NCBI GenBank assembly: GCA_043228905.1
Contig: JBHGNT010000009.1
Coordinates: 6,200,001-6,264,000, forward strand
DNA: 64,000 bases
DNA from: Azolla caroliniana
Taxonomy: Eukaryota; Plantae; Polypodiophyta
Reading direction: 5' to 3'
Shown piece by piece: positions 51,901 through 64,000 of the stretch; the stretch's first letter is position 1, and every line of letters begins with the position of its first letter. The notes under the pieces were generated by a model. The model saw only the letters and a list, made by a program, of their open reading frames with translations. It searched no databases and had not been told where the DNA came from. The position numbers and the translations under genes are program-made.

Positions 51901-54900
51901 ATAGATGAGTTAAATAGTTAGTTATACATAGATAATCAATACATAGATGAGTTAAATAGTTATTTATACATAGATAGTTATAGAGAAATACCTTGAAATA
52001 GCCAATGACATATTTCCACATATTTACTTTCTTGTCCTTCTACCTTCCTCTTCTTCCTCCTCCTCCTCCTTTCTTTGCTTTCCTGTTCTTTTTCTGTATC
52101 TCCTCCTCCTGTTTTCTGTAAAAGGAAGAAGACAGGATCGATGATCGACGCACTTATGCAATGATCGTTAGAGAGAAACAAAGAGAGAAAAAGAGAGAGA
52201 GAGAGATTAGGGTTTAGATAGGAGAATAGAAGAATCAGAGCGTGCGCCTGTGTAGGTTGATGATACTGTGTACGCGTAGAGAGACAGGGGGATTTCTAGG
52301 GTTCAGATGCCATGGCTGCATAAAAGTCGAAGAATGAATGATCCGACAAGCGAACACGGCCGGGCAAGCAATGGGCAGGCCGATGGACAAGCAATGGGCG
52401 GGCCGATGGACGGGGAATGGACTCATAGACCCCCAATGTGCACAAACACACATTTGGGCATGACCCCACACTATGCATCCTCTCCTAAACCCCTAAACCC
52501 CAAACCCTAGACACCTTCGATATGTCCGAGTCCGTGCATTTTGTTGTGTGCACACCCACAACTTTGGCTCGAGCTCCAATCGTGAAGCTGCGTGGGGGGG
52601 TTAACGACGACCGGATCGCTTCATTGCAAAAACCTAATACGTGTCAACTTACTCCTTTTGGCTTTAATTCCACCTACCAATAAGCTATTTGTACCACGTG
52701 TTTTGAGCACCGGCCCTAGGCCCTTTTTACCTTTGTGTTCTTATAGGCATGACCGTTTGTGCTCTCTTCCATATTGTTTTATCAAAACTACAATGAAGTT
52801 TTTTACCGTTTGTTTAACAATGTGGCTATATTTAGCGGAGGGGATCGGGCTTCCATATCCACCACCTTATTTAGCCCCAACAACAAAAGGACCAAGCATA
52901 CTCACGGGGGTCAACTTTGCATCTGCAGCATCGGGCATACTACGAAGCACGGGCTTTAATTTTGTAAGTATGGAATAGAAATATGTGTACAATATATCCG
53001 GTCACTTAATGCTGGTTCATAAGTTTTGTTATAATTGTTGAGAACAATTTTTGGGTTGTACTAAAGATTGGAATGACACTACGGTAGATTGACACCGATG
53101 TTTAAGAATCCACATGAAAACATAGTATCACAAGGCTTGAGTCCCTCGATAGTGAAATGGGGAAAATACTAAAAATAACACGCAAATATATCAAGGTTCC
53201 TATAAATATTATGGCTCACCAATATGATTACAACAATCATCATGATGATGAGATGCAAACAAATGAGCAATGTCATGATAGAAACGTCCTTGTGATCTAC
53301 ATAATTCTACTTGATGCTCTACAACCATGTTTTCTAGATGAAAATAACATGCTCAAGAGATATAAAATGGTATTGAAATGTTTGTCTTGAGTTCTTGGTC
53401 GAAAACAAAAGTGTGTGTTTTATTTGTGGTGAATTCAACTAGAAAACCAGTTTGAAATCTTGATTTCAATGTTGTAATACACATTTTATTATCTGCTTGT
53501 AGATTGGACGAATCGATTTTGATACACAATTGACATGGGTTTCCAACAAGATACAAGAGATTCAATCATTAATTGGCACAAAGGCATCCCAAGAACTTCT
53601 TTCCAAATCCCTCTTCTTGATTACTTTTAGTGGCAATGACTATGTCAATAACTATTTTTTGAGAAATAATCCTTTGAAGCTTCTATACCCACCCAAGCAA
53701 TATCAAAAACTCCTCCTCGAAAAACTTTCAACACAACTAACGGTAATCCATCTTTACTACATTTTAATATTTTTAAATGATGTTGTGACAATGAATGTAT
53801 TTTGCATGTGTGAGAGGCAACATAAACACATGTACGAACATTAAAGTGGTATTGACGAGACAAAAAAATGTGTACTACTAGTAGATCCTTAGAGCTCATG
53901 ATGATGGAATGTAGAAAGTAGGTTATGGTTGCGTATGGAAAGCTATTTGGAGAGGACCAGCACGTGAAATCTATGAATAAGTTGTTCGCACATTATCATG
54001 TAAAAGCGTTAAAAAAAAAGGTTTTACATCACACAATCAACCTATATTTTCGTGCATTGGAAACTAGGTTAAAATATTGTTAGAAGCGCATGTTGTGCTA
54101 TACATAGAACATTAGAAAGCCCTATGTGCAAATTAAAACCTTTTGTAAGGACTAGCGGCCTCCTATCAAACGCATGGATTTCCGATGAACAAAAACTCTC
54201 TACAATACCTATAAAACAAAGTTTTACCTTAGATGATATCTTACATCAATAAAGCACTTCATGGTCTCCATGTTACATGATGATTTTATGAAAGAACATA
54301 TTCAGATGCTTTATTTTTAAAACCCATAAAATTCCATTGTTAACTTTCTTGTGATTTTGTTCCTTATTAAAGCAATTATACAATTTGGGAGCCAAGAACA
54401 TAATGGTAACCAACCTAGGGCCTTTTGGTTGTATTCCATCACAACTAGCAGTAAAAAGCGTTCATGGGGAGTGTGTTGCTTTCGAAAACAAGATCTCAGA
54501 AAATTTCAATGTGGACTTAAAATTATTGCTTTCCCGATTGAATTCTCAGTTTCATGATAGTAAATTCATGTATGTGGATACCTCCAGTCGAATCCTTGAA
54601 TATCGCAACAACCCCACAAAATATGGTATGTTTTTCATGGATATTAAATTAGATTTTGACTGTCTTAACTTAGCAAAGATTAAGTTTTCATTTAGGGAAG
54701 GGGCATATATTTTAGGGGAAAGACATTAAATCACCCTAAGTGGTTTGGCATTTACAAGAATAACTCTTGAAGTCTCAAAATATTTAGTAGGATAACCCTA
54801 CCATTAAGAGTACAATATCTACAAAAGTTAGGGGTATCTTAATGATGTTTTGCGAGACTCGTCTAAAACCAACATGTTATAGTTGAGGCTGTACAATGGG

Positions 54901-55398
54901 GTGTTTCGGCATGATCATACATGGGTTCACTCTACGCACATTCCTCAAGCATAATTCACATACCAACATTCTACCTATGAGGCTTGAGGAAAGATGCAGT
55001 AGATACATTCATTAAATTGGTGTAATTGCATGGTGTTACCTAGCACCTTGGTGCAATAACATGTGTCACAATTAAGGATATTTGCAGGACGTGGATGCCC
55101 TATTGCTTCATATTTGTTGAATTAGTCCATTGTTGGGGAGATTCTTTCTTTGAAATTGTGCATTTTGAAGGCTAAACGATGATTTTTCGGTTAAATTACT
55201 TGTATAGGTTTCAAGATAGGTAATCGAGCTTGTTGTGGTGGTGGAAGGTTTAATGGGAGACTTCTATGTATACCAACAATTAAACCATGTCCAGATAGAG
55301 CAGATTATTTGTTTTGGGATTCATTCCATACTACAGAAGCAGCCAATGTATTGTTGTTTAATTTTATATATCAACAACTTGACGGATTCTTTACTTAG
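48968..55398 (+). CDS. Secreted GDSL esterase/lipase (SGNH hydrolase), 5 exons: 48968-49295, 52836-52963, 53503-53742, 54373-54625, 55208-55398; 379 aa
   Basis: All introns are GT-AG and in phase (1140 nt total). Hydrophobic N-terminal signal; GDSTVDAGNN, PTGRFCNG, GVNFASAASG, SGNDY, LGPFGCIP, ACCG, FWDSFH. Confidence 0.93.
51301..52610. repeat. Probable TE-derived insertion (solo-LTR-like) in GDSL intron 1, with a degenerate ATAG/TAGTT satellite and telomere-like motifs
   Basis: Starts TGTGACGG; low-complexity ATAGATAGTT array ~51690-51985; CT/GA tracts; AAACCCTA-type motifs at ~52208 and 52486-52510. No TSD confirmed. Confidence 0.35.
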
Positions 55399-55699
55399 CT
55401 CCTGTTCCAAGCAATTTGGAGTACAAAGGATACTTTGGATAAGCACCACAAAAAGTTGGACACTTTCTCTATTCCGTATTTCACTTTATTGTTATTTTAT
55501 TCTTAGACTTCGTCAGCTCAAGGTTATTGATTAATATTGTTGCACTTAAAATGAATATTCATCCGTGAAATTAATGGATGTCTTTCAGTTGTTTCAATAT
55601 CAAAATATTCAGAATTGTATTTTTTTGTTTCTTATGTATATGCTTATATAATTCTATGAAATTATAAATTCATAATAATAGTAATCACCACCAGATGAT

Positions 55700-56082
55700 T
55701 GCATTGGAGCAATCATCTTTGACAATATCTTCCTTTTTTGGGAGATGATTGCATTGGTTCAACATCACAAACAGTCCCTTGCTATACTATTATTAGATTT
55801 TGAGAAGCATATGACAAAGTAGATTGGGACTTTCTGGAGGCAGTTCTATTATGATTAGGGTTTCTAAGTGTATGGATAAAAGGTGTGTTTGTATTATATA
55901 GACATGCTTCTAGCTCGGTTCTATTTTTTGGAGGCAATGGTACATTATTTCCAATTTCTAGATCTGTCCGACAAGGTTGCCCGTTAGCTCCGTTTCTTTT
56001 CATTTTATTTGGGGAAGCTCTATCATCTTGTCTTAGATCCTCGACAGTGGCCATCCAAGCAATAGCCTTACCTATTGCAAAC
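55700..56082 (+). mobile_element. LINE reverse-transcriptase fragment, interrupted by Copia-B copy 2
   Basis: Degenerate LDFEK(A)YDKVDWDFL and ISRSVRQGCPLAPFLFILFGEAL motifs. Confidence 0.8.
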
Positions 56083-59000
56083 TGTAAACGTGAGTGTTTG
56101 CGGAAGCGTAAAACAGAGAACAACACAGAGAGAGAGAGAGAGAGAGAGACAGAGACAGAGAGAGACAGAGAGAGCAGAACGTAATTTCCAAAATTATATC
56201 AAGACACTACATACACACTGTGCTAAGTAGCACTACTTATACAAGTCCTCTTGGGACTGACAGAAGTACCATGTACTTCAATGCTCACACGAGCATTTGA
56301 CACTTACTATGAGACTATAACTACCTAGTAGTCTATCCTATACTAGGCTTCCAATTGGACTGCCGGTTACGGATTGCACCCGGCTTCTACTGCTTGCCGG
56401 TTCGGTTGCTCACCGTCATACCGATCCGTTTCGCCCGATCTGTCTCGCTTACCGGCTCCGGCTTATTCAGCCGATCCGGCTCCGGTTGAGCTTGCCGCTC
56501 AACACTCCCCCTCAAGCTCAACCTGAGGTGGGGTTGTAGTGTCGACATCTGTGGCAGTCGGTTCTTTCAACCGACTTCTCCTGGCGTTACTCCGCCTAGC
56601 TCGCGCTCCTCGTCCGGTCCGGTCCCGTTTGCCGCGACCCCTTTGGTTCTGCGTGCCTCGACCCTCTCGGTCAGCATGTCTGCTCAATAGGCCCATCTCA
56701 GCACTCACGTTGTTGTGACTCCGGCGCTTGCCGATCCGTTGGTTCTCCCACGATGGCATCGACTTCCGCTGTGTCCGTGTCCCCTTGACCTTCAGTCAAT
56801 CCGACTCATCCGGATCCATCTGTTGATCCGAATCAGCTATCTCCGACTCGTTCCAGCTCTTGTCTGAATCTGTACACTCCGATTCGACTTCCGGCTTTAG
56901 GCCTCTCACTACATCGGACCACTTCCGAGTCTTGGCCTTCTCCATGCTTCCCTCGGCTTCTTCAGCCGGTGAACCGAAATCGAATTCTTCATTCGACTCC
57001 GCATCATGGTCAGTACCGTCGTGATGACCTCCGCACAGCATGCACTTCTCTTCCTGAGTGCACAACTCTTCTTCACAGCCACTTGCTCCGACTTGTTCGG
57101 ATGTGTCGACTTCTTTTGTCGACTCGGCTTCCTTCATTTTCTTGTCTCCACTTCTTCCGGCTCTCCTCTTACCGACGGGTTCAACAATGTTTTGGCCTTT
57201 GCCTGTTTCGGTAGAGACTTTGCCCTTGCTTCTCCCCCTCAAGTGCGGCACGTCGAGATGCTGAATACCAAGCATGTCGGTAAAGTGCTGCAACTTGTCC
57301 GACCCGAGCGGCTTGGTGAAGATGTCGGCAACTTGCCGATCCGTATGAACATATCGTAGGTCAACTTCACCGCTCAGGACCCGCTCACGCACGAAGTGGT
57401 AGTGCACCTCGATGTGCTTTGTGCGAGCATGGAACACAGGGTTCCTGGCGAGCTGCAGGCTGCTCATGTTATCGCAGTAAATCGGAATCGGGGACGGTAC
57501 CTCGATCCGCAAGTCTCGCAGCAGTCGCCGAAGCCAGATGGCTTCACAAGTGGCAACGGTAGCGGCCCGGTACTCAGCCTCAGTGCTTGACAAAGCCACT
57601 GTAGGTTGCTTCTTGCTGCTCCACGCAACGGCCGCGCTACCTATGGAGAACATGTATCCGGAAGTGGAGCGGCGATCAGACGCATCGCCGGCCCAGTCAG
57701 CATCTGTGCAACTGACAAGCTCTTCGGGTATACCTCGCCGGTATAGCAGTCCCCGGTCCTTAGTGCCACTGACATACCGTAATATTCGTTGCGCGCACTG
57801 AAGGTGCTCCACGGTCGGCTTCTGCATGAACTGACTTACCATGCCGACCGGATAGCTGATGTCGGGGCGGGTGATGGTTAAGTAGATCAGGCTTCCGACA
57901 ACCTGTCGGAACCGTTTCTCATTGCAGGCCGGTCTGGAGTTGGGACGAAGCTTCTGGTTCCGGTCCAGCGGTGTGGACACAGGTCGGCAATCCGTCATGC
58001 CGAACTTATATAGCATATTCAACACGTAATGTCGTTGTGAGAGCAATATGCCGTCGGGGGTCCGGATCACTTCGATCCCAAGAAAATAATGAAGGTCCCC
58101 CAGGTCCTTCATTTCGAATGCGTCCGACAACTGGGACATGACGCTGTTGATTTCGGGAAGACCTGGTCCGGTGATGACTAAATCATCCACATACAAGAGT
58201 ATACATACCGGACCGTCAGAGCCTTGCCGGATGAACAACGAAGAGTCCGACTTAGAGACAGCAAACCCCAGCTTACGCAACCGGTGCGTGATCTTCGCGT
58301 TCCAAGCTCGGGGGGCTTGCTTCAAGCCGTAAAGCAACTTGTTCATCTCCGATTGAAATCCGGGGGGATGAGTCATAAAGACTTCTTCTTCAAGCTCTCC
58401 TTGAAGGAAGGCGTTCTTCACATCCATCTGGTGAAGATGCCACCCCCTTGCCGCAGCAACCGCCAGTACCACATGAACCGTCGTCATCTTCGCCACAGGA
58501 GCGAAGGTCTCGTCGTAGTCGATTCCGTGGGTCTGCGCGTATCCCTTCGCCACTAACCGGGCATTGTACCGGTTAACAGAACCGTCGGCGTTGTACTTGA
58601 CCTTGTACACCCACTTGCATCCGATCGGTTTATAGTGACGAGGAGGATCAACTAGGTCCCAAGTTTCGTTGGCATCGAGTGCCCGCATTTCTTCGTCCAT
58701 AGCGGCACGCCAATTCGTGTCCTTTGCCGCTTCTACGTAGCTCTCCGGCTCACGCACTTCTGTCACCTTAGTCATGTACGCATAATGATGCGCCATGTAT
58801 TCATTGTACCCGTACCGCATGACAGGATCCTTCTGGCGGGTTGATCGGCGCAACGCACCGTCACCTGATTTGAGGCCCTTCTTGGCCAGTTCGGTCTTCG
58901 TTGCCGAAGATCCGCCTTTCTCCTTTCCGGAGTCGGATACGCACCGATCCGACTCATAGTTGCCGGTTTCGAATTCCGGCATCTTCCTCTTCCCTTTCTC

Positions 59001-60724
59001 GTTGCGCGTGAACCGTTTCCTCGGTTCCTTGCGCGGGGAGAGCACGGCAGAGTCTCCACCACTTGCCATCTCTTCATCTGACTCAGTCGCTCGTTCGGTC
59101 CACTCAACCGTAACGATTCCGGACTCTCATCTTGAGTCCCGGCTTCATCATCCTCTGCCAGGGCTGATTCAGGCTCACTGGCCTGATCTTTCGACATTGG
59201 GTCGGGATCGGAAGTCGGAGTCGGTACGGAGTACCAGGATGCCGATTCATCGAACTCGACATCCCGGCTAACTCGGACTTCCTTCGTCCGGGGGTTATAG
59301 CACTTATACCCCTTTTGCTCTTGAGCATAGCCGACTAGGATGCATTTTTCCGATTTTGCATCCAGCTTTCTCCGCTTCTGATCCGGCACGTGCACATACG
59401 CTATGCTGCCGAATATCCGAAGGTGTCTTAAGTTCGGCTTGCGCCCGAAATACAGCTCATGAGTTGTCACCTTGTCCCCAATGCGGTTTTGTATGTAGAC
59501 GGCCGTCCGGACCGCCTCCGCCCAGTAGAACCGGGGCATGCTCTTCTCCTCCAGCATTGCCCTTGCCGCTTCGACGAGTGTCCGGTTCTTCCTTTCGGCC
59601 ACACCATTTTGCTCCGGTGTGTATCTGCAGCTGAACTCTCGCCGAATTCCCTTCTGCTGCAGATAACTAGTGAATTGGCCGGAAAAATATTCCTTTCCGC
59701 CATCCGACCGAAGGCACTTGATCTTCCTCTCCGATTCCCGTTCCACCATCTTCTGGAGGCTCTGGAAACAGTCGAAGACTTCGCTCTTCCGCTCAATGAG
59801 GTAGATCCAAGTATGTCGAGTATGGTCGTCGATGAAGGAGACGAAGTATCGGCTCCGGCCAAGGCTTACACTTTGTGCCGGTCCCCATACATCCGAATGG
59901 ATGAGATCGAGCTTGTTACAGCTCCGGTTCCGTTCGGTGGGGAATGGAAGCCGGTGTTGCTTCCCAAGTTGGCAGGCTTCACACATTTCGGCTCTCCGGC
60001 CGCTGAACTTCGGCAAACCGAAAACGACTTGTTTCGTTTGCAGGTCTTGAAGCCTCCGGTAGTTGATGTGGCCTATCCGATTGTGCCACAGGTCGATGTC
60101 CGACTCGACCTTCTGTCGTTTCGCGAATAGAGCGGTGCCAAAGTCATTGGTGTCGAGGATAAACATCCTCCCGTCTCTGCGCCCTTGCGCAATGACTTCG
60201 CCCTCATCCTCAATGAAGCACCCGAGGTGCGTAAACCGCACCTGCATCCCCTGGTCGACAATCTGACCGACGGACACCAGGTTCTTCGTGATTGTCGGAA
60301 CGTGTAATACGTTCATCAGCTTCCCTTTCTGTCCGACGTGGCTTAGAGGAACTTCTCCGACGTGCACGATTGGGTGAGGAGCGTCGTCTCCGGTTTCGAC
60401 TACTCCTGGTCGATCCGGTTTCTCCAAAAAGGAGAACCACTCTTTGTGGCTCGTCATGTGGTTCGACGCGCCGGAATCAACATACCACACTTCCTCCGTT
60501 TTGGAAGTGGTCTTCTTCATTGAGTTTGCCTCGTGATTCATCACCAAGGCTGGCCCCTTACCGGCCTTTCCGGTTCTGGATCCTTCTGATCCGTTTGCGT
60601 AGTGCGAGTTTTGCCGACCATCCTTACCGGTCTTGCCGGATCCGGATTTGTCTGAATCGGCACGCTTTCTCCAGCACTCGCTTTCCCTGTGGCCTTTTTT
60701 GCCACAGTCCCAGCATTCTGTAGC
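56083..60724 (-). mobile_element. Ty1/copia 'Copia-B copy 2': 3' LTR 56083-56504 and pol; gag interrupted by Tcn1-like B
   Basis: LTR and proteins closely match 14225-19318. ORFs 58772-60724 and 56796-59069 are joined by a frameshift near 59075; PPT 56505-56513. Confidence 0.92.
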
Positions 60725-60972
60725 TGTCAGGAACAATACTAAGACAGAGAAGGATTTAGTACTAAAAGAAGTATTAGTACTAAGAGAGGTGAAGAACTCT
60801 CGAGAGAAGGAAAGAGTGAGTGAGGGAGAGAAAGAGAGATCGAGAGAGAGAGATGATAAGAAAAGATATATATTATGTGAAGAGAATGTACAGTAGCTTA
60901 GGAGGCTTAAGACTGGCGTTGAACCGATTTGGTTCGAAATAATGCCTCGTGCCTCCTTTTATAGTGTTCCAA

Positions 60973-61002
60973 GGAATACTCTTGAAGTTTCTAGAATGTT
61001 CC
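60973..61002. promoter_or_regulatory. Heat-shock element array in Tcn1-like B LTR
   Basis: GAAtaCTCttGAAgtTTCtaGAAtgTTC at 60974-61001, directly upstream of the minus-strand TATAAAA (~60963-60957). Confidence 0.72.
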
Positions 61003-61070
61003 AAAGAAATCTGGAATATACATCAATTTTCTGAAATAAAACATAAATGAAAATAATATTCTACGTATTA

Positions 61071-61137
61071 CAATGTATAGTCTGATGGTCAAGAGCTCGA
61101 CCCATGTAGCATAAGGTCATGGGTTCGAGTCTTGCCA
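61071..61137 (+). other. tRNA-like A-box/B-box cassette in Tcn1-like B LTR
   Basis: TAGTCTGATGG (61078) and GGTTCGAGTC (61122), 44 nt apart, with variable-loop-like AAGGTC. Confidence 0.62.
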
Positions 61138-61139
61138 TA

Positions 61140-64000
61140 TCATGACACTATCCCCCCTTTAAAACGACGAGTGTAACGAGTCGTTTTGGATTGAGGACCT
61201 GGTTTGTCTGGATATTGATGATGGAAGTCTTCAAGAAGTGCACGAGCTTTGGTGACATTCTCTATCGGCTCCCAAGTACGCTCACTAGGACTATATCCTA
61301 GCCAATCGACTAGATAGTATAGCTTGTTGCGAACAATCTTGGAATCAAGGATGGCGGCAACTTTGTACTCAGGTCCATCTTCAAGCTCGATCGGGGGTGG
61401 AGGCTGTGTAATACGTCCTGGGATGGTGCTCTCTTGATAGGGTTCAAGGAGAGAACTATGAAACACCGGATGTATCCGAAGTTGTGGAGGTAGATCGAGA
61501 CGAAAAGCGACATCATTAATCTTTCCTGTGATACGGAAAGGACCTAAGCGCCGATAATCCAACTTCTCGCATGGGCGAGTAGTCTTGATGTGTCGTCGGA
61601 GTAGCCATACCCGATCTCCAATGTTAAAACTCGATGGGAGTCGATGACGATTTGCATAAACCTTGTGTGTTTGCTGAGCTTGTTGGAGATGAGTAGCTAA
61701 ATCCGCTTGTATCTTACGTAACCGCTCCAAACGATCCTCCGCGCAAGGATTTGTGGACACCTCTGGGATTTCAAGTACACACCACCGGGGGTGACATCCG
61801 GTATAAGCATAAAATGGCGTAACTTTAGTCGATGCGTGGATAGAGTTATTATAGGCGAATTCGGCGAAGTGGAGAATATCTGCCCAGTCATCCTGATGAT
61901 AGCTGAGGAAGCACCGCAGGTACTGCTCCAACGTTTGATTTGTTCGTTCGGCTTGGCCGTCGGTTTGTGGGTGGTAGCCGGAGGAGAGGTTACAAGTGAC
62001 CTTGAGCATTTTAAAAAGGTGCTTCCAGAATTTTGACACGAACTGGGGTCCACGGTCGCTGACGATACTATCGGGAAGTCCATGATGCCGACATACTTCA
62101 CGCATGACAATTTCGGCAGTGTCTTCATTGGAGATTTCCTTAGTACATGGCAAAAAATGAGCCATCTTCGTATATCGATCTACCACTGTTAGAATCGCAT
62201 TGAATCCCTTAGAGACTGGAAGATCTGTGATGAAGTCTAGAGCAATGGATTGCCACGGCTTGCTTGGAATTGGTAATGGTTCTAATAAACCATATGGATG
62301 ATGCCTTGGCATTTTCGCTCTGCAGCATGTGTCACAAGTCCGAACAAAGTCTTCGACAAATTGTCGCATACGGGGCCACCAGAATGATCGTTGTACTAAA
62401 TCTAATGTTTTAGTACTACCGAAATGCCCAGCTGTATATGTGTCATGACAGTTTTGTACTACTTGAAGGCGGGAAGAGCCATTAGGAACATACAAAAGTT
62501 CTTTAAAGAAGAGTAATCCATCATGGTATTTGAATTGCCGATAGTCCGTACCTGGTGGTTGCGACTGTGAACACGACGCTCGAGAGGGATCAATTTGTGC
62601 TAGTATAGCTTGAGCGAAAGCATCTGTCTTCAGGTCCGCACGTATGATATCGATAACGTGGGAATCCATGGGCATGCCAAAGACCTGTGTTGCTTGCAGT
62701 CGTGCCGGTCCCAAGATTACTTGCTTTTGGTTATCAAAAGCTGGCTCGCCGGGACGCGGTGCTAGGTACGAACGCCGTGATAATGCATCTGCTTTCCCTT
62801 GATGTTTCCCAGGTCGATATGTAATCTTGAAGTCGAAATGCATGAGAAAATGGGCCCACTGAGCTTGACGTCGATTTAACACACGAGCGTCTTGAAAATA
62901 GGCGAGGTTTTTGTGGTCACTGAATACAGTGACTTGATGAGAAGATCCCTCTAGAAAATGCCTCCATTGCATAAAAGAGTCCACTATAGCCAATAACTCT
63001 TTATCATGAATTTCGTAGTTGATTTCGGCGGCGTCAAACTTGCGTGAGTGAAAAGCCACAAGATGTAGCTTTTCATCATTACCTCGTTGTGATAGAATGC
63101 TTCCCAATGCAAAATCCGATGCGTCTGCTTCGATGATGAATGGTTTTTCTGGATCAACGTGAGCTAGAATCGGAGCCGATGTAAATGCATGTTTAAGATT
63201 CTCAAAAGCCATGTCCGCTTCTTCAGACCAAACGAATGATTGTCCCTTCCTAGTAAGTTGTGTAAGAGGCAAAACGAGCTTTGAGTAATCCTTTATAAAC
63301 TTCCGGTAAAAATTGGCAAAGCCTAGAAAGCATTGCACATCCCGCACCAAACGCGGAGTCTGCCATTCTACCACCGTTTTGACCTTAGCTGGGTCCATGG
63401 AGATGCCTTCTGAGGAAATGACATAGCCGAGAAATTCCACTTGGTTGCACCCGAAACTACATTTTTCCAGTTTTGCATAGAGACCATGTTCTCGAAGTCG
63501 TTTTAGTACTAACAGTACATGAGAATCATGCTCTTCTTGGGTCTTCGAGTAAACCAGTAGATCATCCAAATAGATGATTAGACACACATCCAAGAGATCT
63601 CGGAAAATATCATTTGCCATGTGCTGGAAGACTGTTGGCGCATTAGTGAGGCCGAACGACATAACCGTATACTCGAAGTGCCCATATCTGGTGCGGAACG
63701 CGGTCTTCCATTCATCTCCTGGTCGGATCCGTACGAGGTTATAGGCTCCCCGTAAGTCGATCTTCGTGAAGAACCTGGCACCATTGATCCGTTCTAAAAG
63801 ACTTGAGATAAGGGGGAGTGCATACCTATTTCGGATTGTAACCTTATTCAAGCCACGGTAATCTACAACGAGCCGAAGTGAGCCATCCTTTTTCTTGACG
63901 AAGAAAATGGGTGCGCCGGCTGGAGATTTCGAATGTCGTATGAAACCATTCTCCAAATTCTCCTCTATATAGGCTCGAAGGACTTCCAGTTCGGTTGGTG
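61140..64000 (-). CDS. pol: pol RT-RH-INT-chromodomain, uninterrupted within the window (5' partial)
   Basis: KIDLRGAYNL, YLDD, EADASD, integrase HHCC/DDE, GPF, chromodomain EYKVAAILDSK...YLVDWLGY...TWEP. Confidence 0.93.
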   Translation of the reverse strand, partial: PTELEVLRAYIEENLENGFIRHSKSPAGAPIFFVKKKDGSLRLVVDYRGLNKVTIRNRYALPLISSLLERINGARFFTKIDLRGAYNLVRIRPGDEWKTAFRTRYGHFEYTVMSFGLTNAPTVFQHMANDIFRDLLDVCLIIYLDDLLVYSKTQEEHDSHVLLVLKRLREHGLYAKLEKCSFGCNQVEFLGYVISSEGISMDPAKVKTVVEWQTPRLVRDVQCFLGFANFYRKFIKDYSKLVLPLTQLTRKGQSFVWSEEADMAFENLKHAFTSAPILAHVDPEKPFIIEADASDFALGSILSQRGNDEKLHLVAFHSRKFDAAEINYEIHDKELLAIVDSFMQWRHFLEGSSHQVTVFSDHKNLAYFQDARVLNRRQAQWAHFLMHFDFKITYRPGKHQGKADALSRRSYLAPRPGEPAFDNQKQVILGPARLQATQVFGMPMDSHVIDIIRADLKTDAFAQAILAQIDPSRASCSQSQPPGTDYRQFKYHDGLLFFKELLYVPNGSSRLQVVQNCHDTYTAGHFGSTKTLDLVQRSFWWPRMRQFVEDFVRTCDTCCRAKMPRHHPYGLLEPLPIPSKPWQSIALDFITDLPVSKGFNAILTVVDRYTKMAHFLPCTKEISNEDTAEIVMREVCRHHGLPDSIVSDRGPQFVSKFWKHLFKMLKVTCNLSSGYHPQTDGQAERTNQTLEQYLRCFLSYHQDDWADILHFAEFAYNNSIHASTKVTPFYAYTGCHPRWCVLEIPEVSTNPCAEDRLERLRKIQADLATHLQQAQQTHKVYANRHRLPSSFNIGDRVWLLRRHIKTTRPCEKLDYRRLGPFRITGKINDVAFRLDLPPQLRIHPVFHSSLLEPYQESTIPGRITQPPPPIELEDGPEYKVAAILDSKIVRNKLYYLVDWLGYSPSERTWEPIENVTKARALLEDFHHQYPDKPGPQSKTTRYTRRFKGGIVS

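Larger units (their letters stand above)
60725..64000 (-). mobile_element. Chromovirus 'Tcn1-like B': 3' LTR 60725-61147 and pol running off the window
   Basis: LTR TGTCATG...CCTGACA; PPT 61148-61163; inserted in the Copia-B gag Zn-knuckle region. Confidence 0.92.

Overview
Eukaryotic plant genomic DNA, most likely from a seed-free plant such as a fern or lycophyte (inferred from the TE lineages; not provable from this window). About 75% of the window is nested retrotransposons. One intact five-exon host gene, a GDSL esterase/lipase (48968-55398, +, 379 aa), lies in an AT-rich island. Left to right: (1) a Ty3/gypsy RNase H fragment (1-380) interrupted by a near-intact tRNA-Trp-primed non-chromoviral gypsy element (381-7709; 'Gypsy-W A'), then a 100-N gap. 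(2) A deep nest: a LINE (38848-40903) contains a self-priming Tcn1-like chromovirus (23646-38847). That chromovirus contains a very young two-ORF Athila/OTA-like element (26181-36049, TSD ATTCG) and, in its 3' LTR, a second tRNA-Trp-primed gypsy (13054-23645). The latter contains two Copia elements (7810-13053; 14225-19318, TSD ACCTC). (3) The AT-rich island with the GDSL gene. (4) A second nest: LINE RT fragment < Copia < Tcn1-like chromovirus. The most unusual signals are: antisense tRNA-like A-box/B-box cassettes, at tRNA spacing, in the U3 region of three different LTR families; heat-shock-element arrays and Tf1-type self-priming in the Tcn1-like LTRs; a large intact coiled-coil extra ORF in the youngest element; and strong CCGG enrichment, with CAG/CTG depletion in one family. 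All motif matches and counts were made by eye; no database searches were run.
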